32,321 nucleotides of DNA from Perkinsus chesapeaki ATCC PRA-425 (Eukaryota; Protista; Perkinsozoa): the NCBI GenBank assembly GCA_013115145.1, contig JAAPAO010000405.1, forward strand, positions 1-32,321, read 5' to 3'. Positions 9,822 to 20,842 of this stretch are shown here, piece after piece. The position numbers and the translations under genes were made by a program. A model generated the notes under the pieces. The model saw nothing but the letters and a program-made list of their open reading frames with translations, ran no database searches and was not told the DNA's origin. Positions within the stretch are counted from its first letter, which is position 1, and each line of letters begins with the position of its first letter.

Positions 9822-11519
9822 TCAATTAAAAACAAGGGTACAGCTTCGGAGACACAAGCGGAGACTCGCCGGTCCGAACCAAGGGTGGGAGGGCGTAAGA
9901 CACTCTAACAACCCTGGGCCGGAGAGATTTGGAATCCTGGACCGGGGCAGGAGGGGATTTGAGGGCGGCGCAGCGCAAGGGTCGTATCCCCTCTCGGCGA
10001 AGGCGTGGTTCAGCATAGATGCATTAGAGCAAGTGATGGAATTTTGAGGCAAAAGTCTGGCCTGGGCGGGGCTGAGAGGGAGGAGCTCGGCGGCGCGCTT
10101 GTCAGCAATGATGCCGTTATCGTCTATGAAACCCAGCATGCGCAATTCCTCCAGCGATGCTTCCATCGCGCGCGGAGGGAGGCGTGAGCCACTGTAATGA
10201 GCAGACATTACGGACACCAAGGGATATCGACTGCAGCAGCGCCGATGATAGTGAAGGGGTGCGAGTGGTCTCTGGCAGGGAATGATCGGGGAATATACCA
10301 AGCGAGGATTTGGGGAAAAGTCGGTAGCAAGTGCCGAGCGACCAGCTCGCTGCACAAGTTGCTCCTTGCTGCAGGGGGTGATCTGAAGGGAAGAAAAGAT
10401 GTAACAGTTCCAATGAGAAGCCTGGGGCGCCGAGCCACACTGAACGATTGAGAGAAGTATAAGCATAGTTTTAGATATGATTAAGAAAGTGGAGGAAATC
10501 CTGGCCGGTCGTCCACGCATGTCAACTAGATCTTAATATTCGTCTGACGAGCCCCTTCACCCTCATTTAACAATCCGCTCATGGGCTTGTATGCAGCGGG
10601 CCACGAGCAATTGCAACTATTGTGAGCTATTTGGAAAAAGCCAACTTGTCGCTGCTGAAGTACTCGGGTGCCACGTTGCAAGAAATGGATCATTCTGCGG
10701 ACAATCTTACGGAATTCGGAGAGGGATGTAATCGAAAGAACCAGAGTTGATGATTGGAGGAAATGTGAGAAATTCACGCACGATTATAGCATCCCTAGAG
10801 CAGCATAAAAGCGTGTCATCTCGCACGCCCCTCGGAGACGGGACGGCTGAGCTGATTTCAATCGGGAAGTGGCGTCTGATGTGTCCGAGTTGTTATATCT
10901 CTGGACTCACCAAGTCCGTCTTGGGCTTACAGGGCCGCCGCGTTACATACCCTCGTGTGGGTAGAGAAGTCTGCCCTATACAGGAGGAGGTGGTGGAAGA
11001 GCCGCAAACAGCAGAATCTGAAATCCTCCTGGACTTCTAATAAGGCGAGCTCTTCTGATAATCGAGCAACAAGTTAATTTCCACTATTGGCTCTTGTAAG
11101 AGCCACGTTATCGGTGGTTGATTAGCACGTTCGGTGGTCGCCAGAATTCTCATTTGTTTTCGGTCATGAAAGGCATTCCGTCCGTCGTACTATATTCGGT
11201 CATTCTGAGTCATATTGTGCTTCTGATTGAGGCATCTGGACAACGTGGAGTGTTTCGAAATTCTAAGAAGCAGACAGAGGATGAGGTAACGAATAGAGCC
11301 CAGAAGCGCTGCTGAAACTAGAATATATACCACCCTGGGAGGGCGGGAAGGGTTTACAAAAAAACTGCTTAGCTTACGATACAGTTGATGAGGCCCCGCT
11401 CTGCTGCATATTGAGCTGTAGTCGTGGTGCGTTCGCCCACGACGAGTGCAAGGTGATCTCATATCGTATCCTGCTTGTTCTTTTGTCAAGCGATCATCGA
11501 TCGCGCTACCTGGGACCAT
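9822..11519 (-). pseudogene. Degenerate DEAH/RHA RNA-helicase-like locus (pseudo-enzyme or pseudogene)
   Basis: ITPCSKEQLVQRAGRS resembles motif VI (10335-10352). PPRAMEASLEELRMLGFIDDNG..LLPLSPAQARLL resembles the winged-helix/HA2 region. LALVVGERTTTTAQY (11378-11458) sits where motif I would be but lacks GKT. No complete stop-free exon path found; 5' boundary uncertain. Confidence 0.55.
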
Positions 11520-11530
11520 CGGGGCTCTAG

Positions 11531-12321
11531 CTTCTAACCACGATCGTTGAGGAAAGGCTCGAACCGATCGCGTATTTCCTCATCATTGTTTTCTGGCAGG
11601 CCTTTTCGTCTGTAATCGGCCACAAGGAAAGATCCGGAACATCATTCGAGAAGCTAACACTAACATCCGACTCATTCTCGAGCCCGAGTAGACCGACTGC
11701 TGAAGACCTGGACGAGGTAACACGACACTGCTGATGTGTGCTATATGCTGCCCGCAATCCGAGCCTCAGGCTGCGAAATTTAGTGCTGCGGTAGTTGAAA
11801 GATTTTCGTATAAACACACCGCGAAGTCGGACAGCCAGCAACAGGCGGATATCTCATCCAAGGAGCTCCCCGCTTGTAAAGTGACCAATGGAGAGGATAC
11901 TATCGTATATTACATAGACAAATCGGAGGGAAGTCTCCAATTTGATGAACTCCAGTGCGGAGATGAACGTTGGTTATTGTAAGCTCGGGCTTGCGCCTCG
12001 TACGCGTTTACGCTCATTTATTACAGCGATCCGTTCACCGACGACTTCATGTACGTCAAGGGGCTGGAGGAAGAAATTTATTTAGAAAGACAGGGGCTAT
12101 TGGCCAAAACCCTGGCGAAACTGTCGGGAGTGCCGACGTCAAGCTTAAGAGTTACCGCTGCTTTTTGTGGAGTCACCCTGGTGAAGCTCCAATCGCTATC
12201 CAAAGCCATGGGATTCGATTCCGTATTCAGCGGAGTATGTTTGGGTCACCGCAAGACAATGGAACAAGTCCCCAGAATGAAGTTCACGTTGTCTCCGGTA
12301 CACAGATACGTTAAGCAATAA
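11531..12321 (+). CDS. Hypothetical protein, unrecognised family, paralog A (signal-peptide-like start, no in-frame ATG found)
   Basis: Exons about 11531-11716, 11770-11978, 12027-12321 are phase-consistent; clear similarity and shared intron positions with paralog B. Confidence 0.65.
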
Positions 12322-12337
12322 CAGTGAGCCACGGCCA

Positions 12338-13162
12338 ATGCTTCAGGGCCGTCGCGCTACTAACCCACAACCCAACAAACTGATACTCAGAGTAGGGGGT
12401 TTCTCTTCTGAATCTCCAGCGGTTGAAGGACTGACCAAAAGGGTAAGTGCGAGAGTCGACGGTGATTCTGATACATTATGTACAATTAATATTAATGAGA
12501 ATACTGACCGCCGTTTAGACTAGTAAGATGAGAGATATAGTCACGACTGCCATATCGTAGGTTGAGCCTTTTGAGAGTGAAGTCAAGAGAAGAGCGGTAT
12601 ATAAGTACAGAGATTTACAAGAGGGCGTTCCACGGACCGATATGGCTCACGTGAATGTAGCAGAGTGCCGCGTTACCCATGACCAATATGGCATCTCCTT
12701 CACCATCAACGAGGACCGCGATATGCTGAAACTAAGCGAATTAAAATGTGGAGTGAATACGTACTCATAGTAAGTCTGGGATCAAAGCTGTTGGGTGAAG
12801 TCTCGACCCTCTTCCATTATTCAGCGACATTTTTGACGAAGTTCTCTTCCGCGAGACGACCCACTGTGAGCCGAACATTGACCGTCGCGTCTACGTTAAT
12901 GGAGCTGGCCGTCCTTCAAGCTTCTTAGCTCACGTGGAGAACGGCATCGACATGAGCGATCAATTCTGTGCGGAAGCCTCCGTGAAGCTGAACCAACTAT
13001 CTCGAGCCATGGGCTACGAGAACATCTTTTTTCTTCAATGTCCCCCACATTTCGCTTTCGCAACTCCCATCATTGAAAACATCAAGACTGATATGAGAAA
13101 TGTAGGTGATATCTCGGATTTTATCGTTTGTATATTTGTCCATACAGTTCAGTCCTCCATAG
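12338..13162 (+). CDS. Hypothetical protein, unrecognised family, paralog B
   Basis: Exons 12338-12442, 12561-12769, 12825-13102, 13148-13162. ECRVTH..LSELKCG..Y|D and FCAEASVKLNQLSRAMGYENIF align with paralog A (ACKVTN..FDELQCG..F|D and FCGVTLVKLQSLSKAMGFDSVF). Confidence 0.68.
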
Positions 13163-13804
13163 CTTAGCTCCTCTTTCGCACCGGTGATCTCGTTGATGTT
13201 GTGAATGTGTGCTAAGTAGTGTTTGAATCAGTGCTCACTTTAGCACTCAAAAGGTGCACTATCTCGTTTCTATCATGTTTCTTCGTATTCTTCTGCGGTT
13301 CTTCTGGACAGTCACTAATGCCAAGTCATGTCTTTTAGAGTCGTCATATGTGTCTCGCACAGAAGAAACGGTTCGTGCCCTAGCTTATGACTGGGACTTC
13401 AGAAAATGACTTGATGTTGATGTATGTATGATGTCATGTAGAAGATGTACTCCAAATACAGGATTGAGTTCAAGTCTCGTCAATAAAATGGCTAAGTGGA
13501 ATGATGAGAGCCTCCCCCAGGACGCACCCTAATTATTAGGGCTTAATGTCTATGGACACAGCATTTTAATTGGTATACTGTGAAGCCACCGTTCCTCTCG
13601 AACTTTCAAGATAGCTTTTTGCGCAAATTCTGAGCAGTTCTTCACTTCTCCAAGTTTGCAGAGCCTTTGCAGAGCGTTTTAGGAACGGCCGAGCTTGCGT
13701 GACGCGGCGCGTTCGGTCAAGGCTTCGGTCGCATTCTACTTTGACGTCAGTCGATGATTTGGCTGCTGCAGATCCGCGTACGAAATTTTCATGGATTCTT
13801 GTAA

Positions 13805-15625
13805 ATGACATCATCGAGCTCGCCAAGTATCACAGACGATCCTCCGTCTGCCCCCCCGAAAGCACCACATAGCTCGTCCGCTAACACTCTAGGCGAATTG
13901 ATAAAGATAACACAAGAAAGCCTCGGGGCGTTGATCAGTAGGCCGCGAATGACTGAGAAGCTTCTGCAGCGGCCACCTGTGAAATTCCTGTATGATGTGG
14001 TTTATGAGATCGCCATTGTAACTGGATTCGGTAAGGCGAAGAGCACATGCATCGCCAGCTCCCGTCAGGACGGGAAATAGAAAGCGTCTGCTCGGCGGTC
14101 AATACGCGAGATGAGAAACTGAAGTTTGTGAGATTATTGCATGGCACCGTTCAACACGCTCTACATCGAGAGATAGACCTCGACCCTATGCGAGGTAAAT
14201 TGATGATTTCAAGTGTACTTCACTGACAGTGTTAGTTATCTGGGGCAAGGACCCTGAGAAAACTAACGCCCTTTTGCTCTCTCTTTACGAGGCAGCAACG
14301 CTGGTCCCCTACAGGTGGGTGCATCAGATGACTGTACTACCACTGCTGACATGTGATACCCGCATCGTTGTTGTTGTTTATATAGATAGTGTAGCACTGT
14401 GAATGTTAGCAATGAAATAACTGTCGAAAATGTGGGCTAACACTTGCCGGTCCAGTAGGATGATATGTGTAGTTCCGGTTGCATGATAGAAGCCACCACA
14501 AGGGTCTTGATGGAATTGAACCCTCAGCGTTAGGTCCTCCGAGGCCTTCCGTCGAGCACTGAACGGCGAGCCTGTTCCGCAGCAGGAGGAGGAAGTGGAG
14601 CTGGTGCAATCTGATGTGACGTTGGATGAAAGTAGCGACTCTTCAGATGATGTAAAGTACGTTTTGTAAACAGTGAAGAGTGACGGTTATTTAGGATGAC
14701 GAAATAGTATCAGAATCCTCTAGCAACCTCAGCATAGAGGTCGACGTCTCAAATGCACGCGTGAAAGACATGCTGGCTAAAGTATGATCTTCCACAAGCC
14801 TGACTGTGCAGCTGTGAGTAGACCATCAAGGATGAGAGGAGAATGTCTGAGCTGCTCGCTGAGATAGACGTCGAATTGGACAACATCGGTGACGGGGACG
14901 ATGCCGCCAGTCGGGTGCGACAGCGCAAGGTTACGTCACGCGCCACGGTCAGGCTCTGACTTTCACTAGGCACAATTCAACCTACTCAAGTTGTGTGCTT
15001 CTATACCCGTTCCCGATGACCAGCCCGATAAAGTGAAGTAAGTTGGTGAAGTATAATAGAAGGTACGCTTGTTTAGGCTCTCCGAGATAGCGGTCGTTGA
15101 GGATCCTGCGTTGGCTTGCCGCGCCAGTAGACCAAGCGCCACAACCAACGCAACTCTCAAAGAGAAGTCCATAGCAACTTTCTGCCTTGTCTGATACACA
15201 CTCGTCAGGTATGACGCCTTATTAACTGTACATGAGAACACCGATAGAACAATTGTCGATCGGGAGACGGACCTCTTAACGGTATCAATTCCCTTTAACC
15301 GGACAGCGCACGGTGACTCCAGCAGCAGTTACTGCGTGAAGAGCTAAGTGAAGGTTGGTTGTCCTATTTAACCTCATCACCCGCAACAGTGCTTATTGCC
15401 AAACACACCGAGGAGCGAGTGGTAGGATACTTCCCCGGAAACCGTTCCTGCTGCAGTTGTCAGATAACTGCTCTCAAGCGGCTATTATGCTCCTTTCGAG
15501 CGGCAGAAGAAGATACGCCAATCCCCACCGGGAACGTTGAGGAGCTGCAAGACGCTGTGTTGGCGTTGATGACTGATGACGATGAGGATTGGGAGGAGAA
15601 GATGCTCGACAGATTCAACTCATGA
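13805..15625 (+). CDS. IFT54/TRAF3IP1 (MIP-T3)-like protein with N-terminal CH-like domain; 3' end uncertain (15041 or 15625)
   Basis: TQESLGALISRPRMTEKLLQRPPVKFLYDVV..VTGF, then DEKLKFV..VIWGKDPEKTNALL and EAFRRALNGE, match the IFT54 N-terminus. Exons 13805-14030, 14069-14194, 14236-14313, 14386-14398, 14534-14651, 14695-14781, 14822-14929, 14970 onward are phase-consistent; later exons to 15625 need at least one weak donor. Confidence 0.72.
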
Positions 15626-15818
15626 ACCGTTGTCTCGTTGGTCAGCGGATCGAGGGTTAGTGTTATTTGTCAACCAACTGCCTTTCTAATGCGCATCCGG
15701 GGAGATACGGAATTCATACTCAACATCCTTCACGAAGGGATTTAGAAGATCATAATCGGTTGGCTCTTCCACTAAAACTCTAGTCGAGTGGATAACGACG
15801 GCTCAAGAGAAGCTTGGC

Positions 15819-16088
15819 GTGTTGTTGGACAGGCCGCCGCTAACATCTGTGAAACTCCCATATGATGTGGTCCACGATATCGTCGTTGGGAACGAGACAT
15901 CAAATCCAGAGCACCTCAAAAAACGACTTGTTCTGTCTAAAAGGACGACACCCAATTCCATGAACGTGGCAGCATTTGCCATCCTGTTTAAGAAAGGTAA
16001 CGACTTCCTTTCCTTCACATATCAATGGCCTCACAACGATAAAAGCAATGATAATTATAACACTACAAACTCAACGACTGATAATTAA
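15819..16088 (+). CDS. Hypothetical ORF or terminal exon, no recognised family
   Basis: 89 open codons between the IFT54-like gene and the RPL23 3' end; no ATG start in the upstream part and no motif recognised. Confidence 0.25.
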   Translation: MLLDRPPLTSVKLPYDVVHDIVVGNETSNPEHLKKRLVLSKRTTPNSMNVAAFAILFKKGNDFLSFTYQWPHNDKSNDNYNTTNSTTDN

Positions 16089-16152
16089 TTCCCCCTGAGA
16101 AAGGTCGTTTGATACCGGCCGATCAACATCACACTGCAGCTCGAATCGTTAT

Positions 16153-16786
16153 TTAGACGATGGTAGGGGCAGCAGAGGCGATCTTGGGCCAGAGCTCAGC
16201 GCACTCCTTGCCGACGGGGCCGGTGATGGCAGAACCCTTCATCTCACCCTTCTCATTAACAATAACGCCGGCGTTGTCCTCGAAGTAGACGAAGACACCC
16301 TCACGACGGCGCCAGGCCTTACGCTGACGAATAACGACAGACTGAAGGACCTTCTTACCTACGAAAAACAACAATAAAATAAAATTATAAAAATGGTAAT
16401 TATTACGGAGCTCGGGCTTTCCCTTCTTCACGGAAGACATAAGCATGTCTCCAAGACTGGCAGCAGGAAGACGATTGAGACGAGCACCGGTGCCCTTGAC
16501 GGCAATGGTGTAAAGGTTCTTACCACCGGAGTTATCGGCACAGTTAAGGATAGCACCGGTGTTAAGACCGAGGGTGATGCGCATCTTAGCGCCTCCGGAT
16601 CCGCGTCCTACAATAAATAAAAAAATATACACCACAGAAAGAGGCAGGAATCTAAGGTCGATGGTGGTAAGATGCACAAAATGTCGATAGACAATCCATA
16701 AAGACGATCTATAGTCCACGTCACTCAGTCGAATGTGCCACAATACATCCTCAGCCACCAATAACATCCCTATTACCTCTCTTCAT
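16153..16786 (-). CDS. RPL23: 60S ribosomal protein L23 (uL14)
   Basis: Exons 16786-16777 (ATGAAGAGAG), 16607-16407, 16358-16153 give [85 protein letters not shown]. Confidence 0.97.
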
Positions 16787-16999
16787 TGTGATGGGGGTTC
16801 GATAGAGCTGACTCTCAGGGAGAGAATTGAAGGTATCGATCAAGCTGTCGGCGAGCGAGATCGCTATGTAAAGAGCGCGCGCCCGAGCGATCGACCAAAA
16901 TGTACTAAGTGGAGGAGATGGAGGTGAAGAGCGGTATGGAGGGCTGAATAAGGCAGTTTAGTTACCGTTTTCCTTTCCTTTAACGACTAGCTTCTCTCC
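16787..16999. promoter_or_regulatory. 213-bp divergent intergenic region between the RPL23 and ABCF2 start codons
   Basis: Bounded by the RPL23 ATG (16786, minus) and ABCF ATG (17000, plus); must hold both 5' leaders and probably shared regulatory sequence. No specific motif identified. Confidence 0.55.
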
Positions 17000-18972
17000 A
17001 TGGTAAATAAGCGCGAGGCCGAACGTAAGAAACTCGCCAAACAAAAGGCGATGGAGAAACGACGGGGATACAAGTCTAAGAGCGACGAGGAGGTGAGATA
17101 ACTAAAGTAAATGGAAATATAATCCGACCATTAGACCGTCGATACCAAAGCTGAACTGGAGAAGCAGATCCAGGACACTAGTGCCTTGGAGAAGCCGGCT
17201 ATTCTCCAGCACGCCACCATTACTGGTCATCGTACTTCTCAGTATCTTGCCAAGGACATTAAGATCGAACAGTTTAGTATGATTATAGAGGGTAAGGAGT
17301 ACATCAAGGATACTACCTTGGAGCTTAATATGGGTCGACGTTACGGTATGATTGGTCTTAATGGAAGCGGCAAGAGTACAATTTTACAGGCCTTGGCCGC
17401 ACGAATGGTAAGCTGGAATATTACAAAGTGAAACGGTTAGATATTTTATAGGTTGACATTCCAGACTATGTGGATATCTGGCTCCTACACGAAGAGTATC
17501 CTCCTTCGGAAGAGACCGCTATTGAGGCCGTCATCAGCTATGTTGCAACTGAGCAAAAGCGACTTGAGGCCCTCATGATGGACATCATGGAGAACCACCC
17601 GGAGAACATGGACTTGGTCGAACAAATCGGATTCCGTCTTGATGAGCTCGATCCATCTACCTTTGAGATTCGGGCTCGTGAGCTCCTCACTGGTCTTGGA
17701 TTCAAGGAGGATATGATGCAGAAGAAAACGAAGGACATGAGCGGTGGGTGGCGAATGCGTGTTGCTCTCGCCCAGGCATTGTTCGTCAAGCCGACTTTGC
17801 TGTTGCTTGATGAGCCTACGAACCATCTCGATCTTGAAGCGTGCATTTGGCTCGAGAACTACCTCTCCAGCTACGACAAGATTCTTGTTGTGGTATCGCA
17901 CTCGCAAGATTTCTTGAACGGTGTGTGTACTAACATCTGGCATCTTACCTGCCAGGGAACCTTCGAGTACTACAGCGGTAATTATGATACCTTCGTGCGC
18001 ACGCGTGCAGAGAACGAGGCCAATCAGATGATGAAGTGGAAGAAGGAGCAAGATGACATAAAGCATTTGAAGCAGTTTATCGCCACCAGTGGTGGTATGG
18101 AGAAGGCGGTTAGGCAGGCTCAGTCCAAGCAGAAGATCATCGATAAGATGGTTGAAGCTGGTCTAACTGAGAGGCCTGTTCCCGATCCGGTGTACGCCTT
18201 CAAGTTCCCCGAGTGTGATAGGCTTCCTCCTCCGGTGTGCTCCTTCAATGACGTGACTTTTGCTTATAGTGGCAAGGTGAAGGACATCCTGTACCAACAT
18301 GTGAGCTTTGGTGTCGATCTCGACTCGAGGGTCGCTCTTGTCGGCCCCAACGGTGCTGGCAAGTCCACCCTTTTGAAGCTGATGGAGGGCAAGTTGGAGC
18401 CCAATCTCGGTACAATCTCCAGGCATCCTCATTTAAGATGGGGAAGGTTCAACCAGCACTCCACTGATCAGCTGGATCTCACCAAGACTCCTCTAGAATT
18501 TATGCGGAATAAGTTCGCCGATGGTATCGCTACCGTTGACGGCACGAAGGTCCTCGGAGTTGAAGAATGGCGTGCTAAGTTGGGCCAGTTCGGTATTACT
18601 GGTCACTGGCAGACTCAACCTATGGAGACCATGAGTCATGGTTATCAGGCCAGAGTTGCCTTCTGCCTGGTGGCTCTCGCGAACCCTCATGTGCTCCTAC
18701 TTGATGAGCCTACCAATCATTTGGACATGTCCTGTATCGATTCTCTCGCCAAGGCTATCAATAACTTCAACGGTGGTCTGGTACTGGTTAGTCATGACTT
18801 CCGACTTATCTCTCAAGTGGCCAAGGAGATCTGGGTGGTCGATCATGGTGTCAAGCGGTGGGATGGTAGTATCGAGGATTATAAGAAGTCGCTTACGAAG
18901 CAAGTTTTGCGGTCATCTCGTAAGACGAAGAAGGCTGCCCCTCAAGTCAAGACTGTTGTAGCGAAGCAGTAG
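17000..18972 (+). CDS. ABCF2: ABC-F family soluble ATPase (ABCF2/Arb1-like)
   Basis: Exons 17000-17092, 17135-17407, 17452-18972. Two NBDs: GLNGSGKST, MSGGWRMR, LLLDEPTNHLD; linker RQAQSKQK; GPNGAGKST, LLLDEPTNHLD, VSHDFRLI. No TM domains. Confidence 0.95.
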
Positions 18973-20090
18973 TAAATGCATGGAAGGGGATCTCTCCATG
19001 GAAGTTAGCTGTGCGCTGATGTAATATACTAAAACCACTGTACTGGGTACCGCAGCAATAAGAAGTGTCGACGTCATCACTATTTCTGACACCTCTAACT
19101 GTTCCTGTCTGTACAATCATAGGCTGGTATCCACTGCCTTAACCATCATCATCATCGGGCCTAGTCTATCACTGTAATCCTTCTTCTGAGGCCTCCTCCT
19201 CGTTGACCTCGTTGATCTCTCCATGGTCATCGACGGTGCCTCGGTATCCTACTAGGTCTGCAAATATTCTCCGCCTATCCGTTTTGGGTTGTGTTAGTCT
19301 GTCTGCAAAATAGTGAGATTTCACAGGTGTTTTGTCTCGTATTTTATAATCATAATATATTGGGTATTATATTCAAACCAATAGAGTGGATACTCAATCG
19401 ACCAGGGGCTCGACATACCCGCACCCGCCGCCGTCAGCAGCAGCAGCAACCATCGCCGTATGGCGCAATAGAGAATGGCGAATCAGGAGAAGAGTACGAC
19501 AGCGCTAGGAGGTACTGAGGTGCTGAGGTATTGACTAGGTTTATGGGCGCCACATGGCCTTGTCGGTAAAATGCGTTTCGGGAGCATCGCTGGAGTTCGT
19601 CAAGTGAATGCACGCTGGGAGCCTTCTCAAATGGTGTTCCCTGATTGTCAGAACTCGGCTTTGAGTAGCTTGTCATGTCTTTAAAATATCTCAACATTGA
19701 GTGATTAATGAAGAGCCGCAAGGCTTGTGGGAATACATTGAATCTCATAGAACCGCCACGGGACCAATGTTGTATCATAGCATTGAGCGCATCGGCAATA
19801 CTTCAATTTCCTGACCTGACAGCAGCCTGGCGCCTTGAAGAAGGAAGCTTGTCAGTAGCGCTCGGTGAAGGAAAACCGGTAGAAGTTCGAACTATTTAAC
19901 TGTGAATCATAGCAGTGCCTGCGTGTGGCATACTTCGCCTACGTTGAAGAGAGCGTCGATGGGAACGCGGATGGTTCGGTGGATAAGACAGTTGGGAGCT
20001 AGAATTATGAAGCAAGAGTTTATTCAGTGATTGGGGGGCCAACATTATTGAGACCGCTGTGATTTGTAGAGGGGCCTTTCGGTAGGTTAA

Positions 20091-20842
20091 TTGTCGTACT
20101 GGTTGTGGCTCAGTTCATCCCTACAACCTCGCCGACGTAAGTCCAGTCGCATTGGGTCGTCCTCATCCACAACAGCAACGGACAGCTGGTCGGTTGCTGC
20201 CGAATCGAGAGAAGTGGCGCGACTACGGAGGAAGTGCCAATCGTTGGAGAAAGCAAATAAGGCATTGGAGGATGAGAACGATAATGTTAAGGATCAATTG
20301 TAATAGGAAGGAGGAGGCTCATACCGTAACTTTCTCTGATCGCGACGTGTGCATGCGTGCTAATTCTCAGAAGGCGAAGTGAGTCCAGTTTGAAGGATGC
20401 AAGTGCTCAAGTTGAAGAGAAAAACAGGCAGCTGCAGACAGCTGGTGAAATGTCAGGCCTCGTCAGCTTAGCTCAGTAATATCCTCCTCATTGTTGGTTC
20501 TCTAATTTGACTTTGTAGGGTCTTGTGCTTCGGGTGCCTCATACCAGTACTTGGCGCACTTTTGCTCTTGTTGTTCTCTCAACCGTTACTACCACCGCCG
20601 CTGAAGGTGAGGTACAACCAAGGGCAAGGATTTGAAGGAAGTGTGGTATGGTGTTTTCGCTGTTGTTTCAGTTGGAACTAGGCGTCCAGTCAGCAGCCGT
20701 AATTGAGGCGCCGTCATCGTGGCGGTCGTCGAGTTGCGTTGGCCAGTATCTTCCTACCCTTCCGCCGGGGCCCATGCAATATATCTGGGCACCGTGGAGG
20801 TCGACGGAAGAGCCTTCATCCGGGCCTGAGAAAGGGGAGTAG
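20091..20842 (+). CDS. Hypothetical coiled-coil protein with one predicted TM helix; 5' end unresolved
   Basis: Spliceable segments EVARLRRKCQSLEKANKALEDENDNVKDQL, RRSESSLKDASAQVEEKNRQLQ, VLCFGCLIPVLGALLLLLFSQP and a tail ending at TAG 20842; one join uses a weak donor. Confidence 0.4.

Noticed and set aside
11527-11841. Minus ORF with an Arg/Ser-rich start resembling a mitochondrial presequence
   Set aside because: It is antisense to exons 1-2 of paralog A, whose frame is supported by similarity and shared introns with paralog B.
13527-13541. Palindrome CCCTAAT-T-ATTAGGG
   Set aside because: Isolated; about two such sites are expected by chance in 32 kb, so it is treated as background for the 25.7-28.6 kb island.
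13200-13826. Possible small spliced gene on the minus strand, divergent from the IFT54-like gene
   Set aside because: Fragments are short, joins are ambiguous and no family is recognised.
17485-18961. Several long antisense and alternate-frame ORFs over ABCF2
   Set aside because: Shadow ORFs of a strongly conserved coding sequence; no independent motifs.
4950-20030. Genome-wide UAG reassignment, suggested by the PITH TAG and by TAG-interrupted frames near 19850-20000
   Set aside because: ABCF2, RPL23, PPCDC and the ATPase contain no internal TAG over well over a thousand codons, and PPCDC and ABCF2 end in TAG; many other in-frame TAGs are simply 3' splice sites.
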